From NCBI GenBank assembly GCA_963810195.1, contig CAWEMO010000002.1, positions 442,824-466,823 of the forward strand: 24,000 bases of DNA, written 5' to 3'. Below are positions 1 through 6,963 of this stretch, piece by piece. Within the stretch, counting starts at the first letter, position 1; every line of letters starts with the position of its first letter. This DNA is from an uncultured Acidimicrobiales bacterium (GTDB taxonomy: Bacteria > Actinomycetota > Acidimicrobiia > Acidimicrobiales > UBA8190). Made by a program: the position numbers and the translations under genes. The notes under the pieces are model-generated. The model was not told the DNA's origin and did no database searches. It saw nothing but the letters and a program-made list of their open reading frames with translations.

Positions 1-102
1 GAGGGTGACGTGCAGCGCACCCTCGAGGGGTTGCGGGGCCTCGACGTGGTCGACCACGTGGGCGGGGTCCTGCGCGTGATGGGCGACGAGGAAGGGAGCT
101 GA
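1..102 (+). CDS. hom: 3' end of homoserine dehydrogenase (C-terminal tail), truncated by the window edge
   Basis: Frame 1 is open from nt 1 to TGA at 100-102 ([33 protein letters not shown]) with strong G/C third-position bias. It ends 5 nt upstream of thrC, as in the actinobacterial hom-thrC cluster. Only 33 codons are visible, so the call rests mainly on synteny. Confidence 0.5.
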   Translation, partial: EGDVQRTLEGLRGLDVVDHVGGVLRVMGDEEGS

Positions 103-107
103 CCCCG

Positions 108-1145
108 TTGGCCTGGTCGGGAGTCATCGAGACCTACCGTCCGCTGCTCCCCGTGACGCGCGACACGCCGGTGGTCACGCTGCTCGAAGGGGGTACGCCC
201 CTGCTCGACGCGCCCCGCCTGTCGGCGCGCGTGGGTGCCCGGGTTCTGCTCAAGCTCGAGGGGCAGAACCCAACGGGCTCGTTCAAGGACCGTGGGATGA
301 CCATGGCGATGTCGAAGGCGCTCGAGGAGGGAGCCAAGGCGGTGGTGTGTGCGTCGACCGGCAACACCTCCGCGTCGGCCGCCGCCTACGCGGCGCGTGC
401 GGGCATGACGTGTGCCGTGCTGATCCCCGAGGGACACATCGCCCTGGGCAAGCTGGCCCAGGCACTCGTGCACGGGGCCAAGGTGATCCAGGTGCGGGGC
501 AACTTCGACGAGCTGCTCGCGATGGTCCGTCGTCTGGGGGAGAAGGCTCCGGTGACCGTCGTCAACTCGGTGAACCCGTACCGCATCGAGGGCCAGAAGA
601 CCGGGGCATTCGAAATTGTGGATGCGTTGGGGGACGCGCCCGACGTCCACTGCATCCCGGTCGGCAACGCCGGCAACATCACCGCCTACTGGCGCGGCTA
701 CCTCGAGTACCGGGACGCAGGTCACTCCACCAAGCTCCCGCGCATGTTCGGGTTCCAGGCCGCCGGGTCCGCCCCCATCGTCGAGGGCCATCCCATCGAG
801 CACCCAGAAACGGTGGCCACAGCCATCCGCATCGGGAACCCCGCGTCCTGGTACGGGGCGACGGCGGCCGCGAGCGAGTCGGGCGGCGCCATCGAGGCCG
901 TGACCGACGACGAGATCCTCGCCGCCTACCGGTTCCTGGCCTCGGAGGAGTCGGTGTTCTGCGAGGCGGCGTCGGCGGCGTCGGTCGCCGGGCTGATGAA
1001 AGTGGGTGCTCCGAGCGGCTCCACCGTCGTGTGCGTGCTGACCGGCCACGGCCTCAAGGACCCGGACCTGGCGATCAGCCAGATCTCGGTGCCGACCACC
1101 GTCGAGCTCGACTATGCGGCGGTGCTCGCCGCCGTAGGGCTCTAG
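108..1145 (+). CDS. thrC: threonine synthase (short form, PLP-dependent)
   Basis: 345-aa ORF. It has the PLP-lysine motif [10 protein letters not shown] plus [30 protein letters not shown] and [11 protein letters not shown]. From memory it is collinear with mycobacterial ThrC. TTG start, with GGAAGGGAG upstream. Confidence 0.95.
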   Translation: MAWSGVIETYRPLLPVTRDTPVVTLLEGGTPLLDAPRLSARVGARVLLKLEGQNPTGSFKDRGMTMAMSKALEEGAKAVVCASTGNTSASAAAYAARAGMTCAVLIPEGHIALGKLAQALVHGAKVIQVRGNFDELLAMVRRLGEKAPVTVVNSVNPYRIEGQKTGAFEIVDALGDAPDVHCIPVGNAGNITAYWRGYLEYRDAGHSTKLPRMFGFQAAGSAPIVEGHPIEHPETVATAIRIGNPASWYGATAAASESGGAIEAVTDDEILAAYRFLASEESVFCEAASAASVAGLMKVGAPSGSTVVCVLTGHGLKDPDLAISQISVPTTVELDYAAVLAAVGL

Positions 1146-1516
1146 CCGCCTCGCCCCTCGGGCCCCACGCCTACCCCTGCTCGCGTCCTCGGCGGCCGCG
1201 TCCTCCGAGGTCCGGGCCCGCAGCATTCGAGGCCTGACCTCAAGGTGACGGGAACAACCAGGGGGCCGGTGGGGTTGTTGCCTACGAGCCCTGGCGTCCG
1301 GTACGATGTATGTACCGCCGCTCGCCAGTATGCTGTAGGCATCGCGGGCGACAGGCAATCGAAGCCGGACTCGCCCAGGCGATATTCCGACGGTGACTTG
1401 GTGGGGGTGGCGGGGGCCTGACGCAAAAGCGCCGGGCGTCTTTACCTTTTGTTCCGTGTCCCTTGGCGTCCGGGCTCACCGAGCCGTAACGGGGACGCAA
1501 CCTAGCGAGGTGACTG
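1146..1516 (+). promoter_or_regulatory. long structured intergenic region / probable 5' leader of rho
   Basis: 371-nt non-coding gap. Candidate promoter: TTGCCT (1278-1283), 18-nt spacer, TACGAT (1302-1307); alternative -10 TATGCT at 1329-1334. Hairpins: CGGTAC/GTACCG at 1299-1317, and nested GCGTCC..GGCTC-acc-GAGCC..GGACGC at 1466-1498. A T/C-rich, G-poor tract lies at about 1438-1465, with a GAGG Shine-Dalgarno just before ATG 1517. The motif GGCGTCCGG occurs twice (about 1293 and about 1465). No element has been verified. Confidence 0.3.
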
Positions 1517-3340
1517 ATGGCTGCAGAGCAACAGCTCGAGCGGTCCGTACTCGAACGTAAAGAGCGGGAAGAGCTTCGGGCGATCGCCCAGGCGATGTCG
1601 CTCGATACCAACTCGCGCAGCAAGAAGGCCGACATCATCGACCAGATCCTGCGCGCCGCGGGGGTCGAGGTACCGACGGGAAGTGCCAACGGCGGCCCCG
1701 CCGCGCCTGGGCGGACGAAGAGTGCAGGCCGGGGTGCCGCGTCCAACGGCGACGCCGAGGACCTCGAGCTCGAGGCCGGCTCGAGCAACGGTGCCGGGCA
1801 CGGGCTCGAGAGCGCCAACGGCACGGCGCGCGCGTCCGCGTCTGCGTCGGTGTCCTCCTCGTCTCCCGAGTCGTCGGGCTCCTCGGGCGCGTCCCAGGTC
1901 GACGTCTCGGTCTCTCCTGACGAGGCCGACCAGACCTCGGGCGGCTCGGGCCAGTCGACTGGTGACCATGCAGTCGACGGGCACGACGGCGCGGCGCCCG
2001 CGTCGGAGCGGTCGCCCTCGGGGCCTCGCCAGAGTGGCGGGCAGAACCAGAACCGTCAGCACGTCCAGCAAGGTGGCGGCGCCAACGAGCCCGGGAACCG
2101 CCGAGGCCGGCGCCGCAGGGGCCGCGAGCGCGGCGTGTCCGGCGGTGGCGGTGGCGGTGAGCGCGAGCTCCAGGGAGGCGGTCAGGAGGCGCAGTACTCC
2201 GGCGAGCTCATCCCGGTGCGCGGCCTGCTCGACCTGCGCGACGAGGGGTACGGGTTCCTCCGGGCCGAGGGCTACCTGCCGAGCTCCAAGGACGTGTACA
2301 TCTCGATCAGCCAGGCGCGCCGCTTCGCGTTGCGCCGGGGCGACTTCGTCGAGGGGGCGTGCCGTCCGGCAGCGTCGAACGAGAAGTTCCCCGCCCTCAT
2401 CCGCATCGATTCGGTGTGCGGTCTGGCTCCCGACGAGGCCCGGGGCCGCCCGCGCTTCGAGGACCTCACCCCGCTGTTCCCCGACGAGAAGCTCCGGCTC
2501 GAGACGACAGGTGCGGCCGAGGTGACCACGCGGATCATCGACCTGCTCTCGCCCATCGGCAAAGGCCAGAGAGGGATGATCGTCTCACCGCCCAAGGCGG
2601 GCAAGACGACGATCCTGAAGCAGATCGCCCACTCGATCGAGGCGAACAACCCCGAGGTGCACCTCATCGTGCTGCTCGTCGACGAGCGGCCCGAGGAAGT
2701 CACCGACATGCGCCGCTCGGTCAAGGGTGAGGTGGTCGCATCCACCTTCGACCGGCCGTCCGACGAGCACACCGCCATCGCCGAGCTCACCATCGACCGC
2801 GCCAAGCGGCTCGTCGAGCTGGGCAGGGACGTGGTGATCGTGCTCGACGGGATCACGCGCCTCGCCCGGGCCTACAACCTGGCCCAGCCGGCGAGCGGCC
2901 GGATCATGTCCGGTGGCGTCGACTCCGGTGCCCTCTACCCGCCGAAGCGGTTCTTCGGGGCGGCCCGGAACATCGAGGAGGGCGGTTCCCTCACCATCCT
3001 GGCGACCGCGCTGGTGGAGACGGGCTCGAAGATGGACGAGGTCATCTTCGAGGAGTTCAAGGGGACCGGCAACATGGAGCTGCGCCTCGACCGGCGGCTG
3101 GCGGAACGGCGCCTGTACCCGTCGATCGACGTCAACGCCAGCTCCACTCGCCACGAAGAGTTGCTGTTCGAGCGCGGACAGCTCCAGCAGGTCTGGAAGC
3201 TGCGCCGGGTGCTCAATGCGCTCGCCGCCGACGGGAGCGCGGCGGCCGGGCTCGAGCTGCTCATGGACAAGATCCGCAGCACCAAGAGCAACGACGAATT
3301 CCTGGCGGAGATCGCCAAGGGGCCCGCGCCGCCCGTCTGA
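1517..3340 (+). CDS. rho: transcription termination factor Rho with a long low-complexity N-terminal insertion
   Basis: 607-aa ORF. It has an N-terminal Rho_N-like helix region (ELRAIAQAMSLDT..KADIIDQIL), a CSD-like RNA-binding domain (GLLDLRDEGYGFLRAEGY), Walker A PPKAGKT, Walker B LIVLLVDERPEEV, and RLARAYN and KGTGNMEL motifs. Confidence 0.97.
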   Translation: MAAEQQLERSVLERKEREELRAIAQAMSLDTNSRSKKADIIDQILRAAGVEVPTGSANGGPAAPGRTKSAGRGAASNGDAEDLELEAGSSNGAGHGLESANGTARASASASVSSSSPESSGSSGASQVDVSVSPDEADQTSGGSGQSTGDHAVDGHDGAAPASERSPSGPRQSGGQNQNRQHVQQGGGANEPGNRRGRRRRGRERGVSGGGGGGERELQGGGQEAQYSGELIPVRGLLDLRDEGYGFLRAEGYLPSSKDVYISISQARRFALRRGDFVEGACRPAASNEKFPALIRIDSVCGLAPDEARGRPRFEDLTPLFPDEKLRLETTGAAEVTTRIIDLLSPIGKGQRGMIVSPPKAGKTTILKQIAHSIEANNPEVHLIVLLVDERPEEVTDMRRSVKGEVVASTFDRPSDEHTAIAELTIDRAKRLVELGRDVVIVLDGITRLARAYNLAQPASGRIMSGGVDSGALYPPKRFFGAARNIEEGGSLTILATALVETGSKMDEVIFEEFKGTGNMELRLDRRLAERRLYPSIDVNASSTRHEELLFERGQLQQVWKLRRVLNALAADGSAAAGLELLMDKIRSTKSNDEFLAEIAKGPAPPV

Positions 3341-3454
3341 GTGCCGCGGGGTGAGGGCGATCCTGCTCTGACCCCGTAGCCCGCTCGGCTCCCACTCGGC
3401 CGGCTCCCCCGGCCCGCTCGGCTCCGAGGGCGACTCCCCTAGACTGGAGGAACC

Positions 3455-3682
3455 ATGAAGGCTGACATCCACCCCTCCTACGTGGAGTCCAACGTGCGCT
3501 GCTCGTGCGGCAACACGTTCGTGACCCGCTCCACCAAGGCAGAGCTCCACGTGGAGCTGTGCAACGAGTGCCACCCGTTCTTCACCGGAAAGCAGAAGCT
3601 GGTCGACTCCGGTGGCCGGGTCGAGCGCTTCCAGCGGCGTTACGGGCAGCGGGCCTCGCGGTCGCGCGCCAAGCGCAGCTGA
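3455..3682 (+). CDS. rpmE: 50S ribosomal protein L31, zinc-ribbon (Cys-containing) type
   Basis: 75-aa ORF starting MKADIHPSY. Four Cys at positions 16, 18, 36 and 39 (CSCG...CNEC), followed by [15 protein letters not shown] Shine-Dalgarno upstream. Confidence 0.95.
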   Translation: MKADIHPSYVESNVRCSCGNTFVTRSTKAELHVELCNECHPFFTGKQKLVDSGGRVERFQRRYGQRASRSRAKRS

Positions 3683-3759
3683 CGCCAGCTCCGGTCGGCT
3701 CCTGATCGACTGAGCCCGTCCCCGCGCCGGAGACGGCCGGGGGCTTCCGGGCACGTCGG

Positions 3760-3765
3760 TACCCT
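3760..3765 (+). promoter_or_regulatory. -10-like hexamer TACCCT, 6 nt upstream of the prfA ATG (predicted leaderless transcript)
   Basis: The TANNNT pattern occupies -12..-7 relative to the A of ATG 3772. No Shine-Dalgarno lies in between. Sequence pattern only. Confidence 0.3.
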
Positions 3766-3771
3766 GGTGCC

Positions 3772-4851
3772 ATGGACCGCGAGCGCCTCGACGCGTGGGA
3801 GCAGGAGTACCAGGCGGTGCTCGACGCTCTCGGCGACCCTGCGGTCGTAGCCGATCAGGCACGCCTGCGTGACGTGTCGCGCCGCCACAAGGACCTCGAG
3901 GCACTGCTCACCGTGGCGCGCCGGCTCAGCCAAGCCGAAGAGGACATGGCGACCGCCCGCCAGATGTTGAGCGAGGCAACGGGTGAGGACCGCGAGGTCG
4001 TGAACGCCGAGATCGAGCAGGCCGCGGCGGAGACCGCCGAGCTCGAGGAGGAGCTCAGCCTCCTGTTGTTGCCCAAGGACCCCAACGTCGGCCGCAACGT
4101 CATCGTCGAGATCCGTGGTGCCGAGGGCGGCGAAGAGGCGAACCTCTTCGCCAAGGACCTGTTCGAGATGTACCGCCGGTACGCGGAGCGACACGGGTGG
4201 CGCCTGGAGGTCCTCTCCGCAGACCCCTCCGATCGTGACGGGCTCAACGAGGTCACCTTCATGGTGAAAGGCGCCGACGCGTGGACGCGTCTCAAGAACG
4301 AGGGCGGAACCCATCGCGTCCAGCGCGTGCCGGTCACCGAGTCCCAGGGTCGGATCCACACCTCGGCGGCCACGGTCCTGGTGCTCCCCGAAGCCGACGA
4401 GGTCGAGGTGTCCATCGACCCGGCCGACCTGCGGGTCGACGTGTTCCGCTCGACGGGCCCGGGGGGCCAGTCGGTCAACACGACGGACTCCGCGGTGCGC
4501 CTGACGCACCTCCCCACGGGCATCGTCGTCTCCATGCAGGACGAGAAGAGCCAGATCCAGAACCGGGCCCGCGCCCTGCAGGTGCTGCGGGCCCGGCTGC
4601 TCAAGCTCGAGCAGGACCGTGTCGCTGCGCAGCAGTCGGAGCAGCGTCGCAGCCAGGTGGGAGGGGGAAGTCGGTCCGAGAAGATCCGGACCTACAACTT
4701 CAAGGAGAACCGGGTGACCGACCACCGTGTCAAGCTCACGTTGCACAAGCTGGATCGTGTCCTCGAGGGGGACATGGACGAGATCGTGGACGCCCTGCTC
4801 GCCGACGAGCGCGAGCGGGAGATCTCCGTGGCCGCGGCCCGACGCGCGTGA
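3772..4851 (+). CDS. prfA: peptide chain release factor 1
   Basis: 359-aa ORF. It has an RF1-type PxT tripeptide (RVPVTESQGRIHTS) and the GGQ motif (STGPGGQSVNTTDSAVRLTHLPTG). Confidence 0.97.
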   Translation: MDRERLDAWEQEYQAVLDALGDPAVVADQARLRDVSRRHKDLEALLTVARRLSQAEEDMATARQMLSEATGEDREVVNAEIEQAAAETAELEEELSLLLLPKDPNVGRNVIVEIRGAEGGEEANLFAKDLFEMYRRYAERHGWRLEVLSADPSDRDGLNEVTFMVKGADAWTRLKNEGGTHRVQRVPVTESQGRIHTSAATVLVLPEADEVEVSIDPADLRVDVFRSTGPGGQSVNTTDSAVRLTHLPTGIVVSMQDEKSQIQNRARALQVLRARLLKLEQDRVAAQQSEQRRSQVGGGSRSEKIRTYNFKENRVTDHRVKLTLHKLDRVLEGDMDEIVDALLADEREREISVAAARRA

Positions 4852-4880
4852 GGGCGCGCACGACACGGGATCGGGGCTCG

Positions 4881-5777
4881 GTGCCGGGTCAGAGCGTGCG
4901 CGCGGTGTTGGAGTGGAGCTCCGAAGCCCTCGGCTCCGAGCGTGAGGCGCGCTGGATCGTGGCGCAGGCCACGGGCATCGCTCCCGGCGACCTCGTGGTG
5001 CGCGGCGAGGCCCCGATGTCGGCCACGATGTGTGCCTCCGTGCAGGACATGGTCGAGCGGCGTGTGTCGGGCGAGCCCCTGCAGTACGTGCTCGGCACGT
5101 GGGCGTTCCGTGGCCTGGAGATCCGCGTCGACGACCGTGCGCTGATCCCGAGGCCCGAGACCGAACAAGTCGTGTCCGTCGCGCTCGGCGAGCTGCGCAG
5201 TCAGGCGACCCGAGTTCGGGAGGGATCGAGACTCGTCGCCGTCGACCTCGGCACCGGCTCGGGGGTGGTCGCGCTGTCCCTGGCGTCGGAATTCGGGTCG
5301 CGGAGCCCGCTGGAGGTGTGGGCCACCGACATCTCGCCGGGCGCACTGGCGCTCGTCGAGGAGAACCTGGCCGCGCTGGCCGGGCGCGACCCGGCGGCGT
5401 CGCGCCGCGTGCGCGTGGCACGGGGCTCGTGGTTCGACGCCCTGCCCCCCCACCTCGCCGGTGAGGTGCGCCTGGTGGTGTCGAACCCTCCGTACGTCTC
5501 GGCCGCGGAGTGGGAGGCGCTCGACCCCGAGGTGCGTGACCACGAACCGGTCGGTGCCCTGGTGCCGGGCCCTACCGGCCTCGAGGCCATCGAGGTGCTC
5601 CTCGACCGATCGCGGCGTTGGCTCGCCCCCGGCGGAAGCCTCGTCGTCGAGTTGGCACCCGGGCAGGCCGCCCCGGTGACGGACAGGGCGACGGAGCTCG
5701 GATACCTGGAGATCGCCATCCTCGACGATCTGGCCGGTCGGCACCGGATCCTCGTGGCGCGTTCGCCGCGACGTTGA
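4881..5777 (+). CDS. prmC: release-factor glutamine N5-methyltransferase (PrmC/HemK)
   Basis: NPPY motif (VVSNPPYV) and SAM-binding loop VDLGTGSGVVAL; located directly after prfA. The start is uncertain: in-frame GTG at 4881 or 4896. The 4281 start of the raw ORF lies inside prfA and is rejected. Confidence 0.88.
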   Translation: MPGQSVRAVLEWSSEALGSEREARWIVAQATGIAPGDLVVRGEAPMSATMCASVQDMVERRVSGEPLQYVLGTWAFRGLEIRVDDRALIPRPETEQVVSVALGELRSQATRVREGSRLVAVDLGTGSGVVALSLASEFGSRSPLEVWATDISPGALALVEENLAALAGRDPAASRRVRVARGSWFDALPPHLAGEVRLVVSNPPYVSAAEWEALDPEVRDHEPVGALVPGPTGLEAIEVLLDRSRRWLAPGGSLVVELAPGQAAPVTDRATELGYLEIAILDDLAGRHRILVARSPRR

Positions 5778-5820
5778 CCGACCGGCGACGGATCCGGCCT
5801 CGCAGCACCTCGGGGGCCGC

Positions 5821-6453
5821 GTGAGCGGCGACGCGGCGCGAGGCCGGTCCCTCGACCTCGAGGACCTCGCAGCCGCGGTGGCCGCGCTCGAGGCCGGGCA
5901 GGTGGTGGCGATCCCGACCGACACCGTCTACGGGCTGGCGGTGGACCCGACCCGTCCCGGCGCGACCGACGCACTGTTCGCGCTGAAGGCCCGACCGGCC
6001 ACGCTCGACCTGCCGGTCCTGGTGGCGTCGATCGGGCAGGCCGAGTCGCTGGCGGGGCCCGACGGCCTGTCTCCGCCGGCCCGGCGCCTCGCGCGCGCCT
6101 TCTGGCCGGGCGCGCTCACCATCGTGGTGCCCCGCCGGGGCGGGCTCGACTGGGACCTCGGTGCCCATTCGCAGACGATCGGCCTGCGGCTCCCGGATCA
6201 CGCCGCGGCGCGGGCGCTGTGCGACGAGGTCGGTGCGCTCGCCACCACGAGCGCCAACGTGCACGGCCAGCCCCCGTGCACCGACGCCGATGCCGTGCTG
6301 CGGGCCTTCCCCTCGGGGGTTGTCGTGGTCGACGGCGGCCGCTGTGCCGGCGCCCCTTCGACCGTCGTCTCCCTGCTCGGCGACGCACCCCGGTGTCTCC
6401 GGGAGGGTGCGGTGGCGTGGACGGAGGTGGTGGTCGCTCTCGGAGGCGACTGA
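5821..6453 (+). CDS. tsaC: L-threonylcarbamoyladenylate synthase, YrdC-domain-only type (TsaC/Sua5 family)
   Basis: 210-aa ORF with VVAIPTDTVYGLAVDP, the KARP motif and LATTSANVHGQP. It occupies the conserved position after prmC. Confidence 0.88.
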   Translation: MSGDAARGRSLDLEDLAAAVAALEAGQVVAIPTDTVYGLAVDPTRPGATDALFALKARPATLDLPVLVASIGQAESLAGPDGLSPPARRLARAFWPGALTIVVPRRGGLDWDLGAHSQTIGLRLPDHAAARALCDEVGALATTSANVHGQPPCTDADAVLRAFPSGVVVVDGGRCAGAPSTVVSLLGDAPRCLREGAVAWTEVVVALGGD

Positions 6454-6542
6454 CGGTCCGCCATCGTGGTCGGCTCCCGCTGTGGCAGGCTCTCGCCCGA
6501 CAAAGCGGCCGTGTCGGCGGCCGGTGAGAAAGGGGGAAACAC

Positions 6543-6953
6543 ATGCCAGCGGACCACGAGGCGGCGGTGCGCGCGTTCTTCGGCGCATGGGTGGAGCGCG
6601 ATCCCGATCGCCTCACGAGCTTCTTCGCCTCTGACGGCACCTGGAGCGAAGCCAACCGCGATGCCGCCAAGGGCCCCGACGAGATCCGGCCGGTCTTCGA
6701 GCTCCAGACGAGCTTCGCCTCGGACTTCTCCTTCGAGTTCAAGCGGCTCGAGGTGGTGGGCGACACGGTGTTCACCGAGCGCGTCGACCGCTTCGTCATC
6801 AACGACATGGACATGGCAGTGCCCGTGGCCGGCATCTTCGAGTTCGACGCCGACGGCCTCATCAGCTCTTGGCGCGACTACTACGACTGGGCGCTTCTGG
6901 AGGCTCAGCTGCTCGCGGCCGGCGTCGACCTCACCGGCGTGGAAGGGATCTAG
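6543..6953 (+). CDS. NTF2/SnoaL-fold protein of the limonene-1,2-epoxide hydrolase (LEH) family
   Basis: 136-aa ORF. FTERVDRF...GIFEFDADGLISSWRDYYDW matches, from memory, Rhodococcus LimA YTERVDVL...GVFQLTEGKITGWRDYFDL. AAGGGGGA Shine-Dalgarno upstream. Confidence 0.75.
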   Translation: MPADHEAAVRAFFGAWVERDPDRLTSFFASDGTWSEANRDAAKGPDEIRPVFELQTSFASDFSFEFKRLEVVGDTVFTERVDRFVINDMDMAVPVAGIFEFDADGLISSWRDYYDWALLEAQLLAAGVDLTGVEGI

Positions 6954-6963
6954 AGCCGGGCGC

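Noticed and set aside
4281-4880. N-terminal extensions implied by the longest-ORF coordinates for prmC (4281), glyA (8839) and the acyl-CoA mutase (21668).
   Set aside because: The extensions lie inside the preceding or adjacent genes (prfA, rpiB, glpX) in another frame and translate to R/P/G-rich junk. Homology-like sequence begins only near 4881/4896, 9082 and 21824, where start codons (and, for glyA, a good Shine-Dalgarno) are present.
3640-5421. A 593-aa ORF on the minus strand, antisense to prfA and prmC. Similar long antisense or alternate-frame ORFs include 2585-3904(-), 5572-6588(-), 6466-8820(+), 9103-10578(-), 10391-11794(-), 12059-13435(-), 14368-15408(-), 15207-16328(-), 17654-19387(-), 19021-21078(-) and 20574-21812(+).
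   Set aside because: All overlap genes with unmistakable conserved motifs on the other strand or frame. Their translations are Arg/Pro/Gly/Ala-rich low-complexity sequences with no recognisable domains. Long stop-free shadow frames are expected in high-GC DNA.
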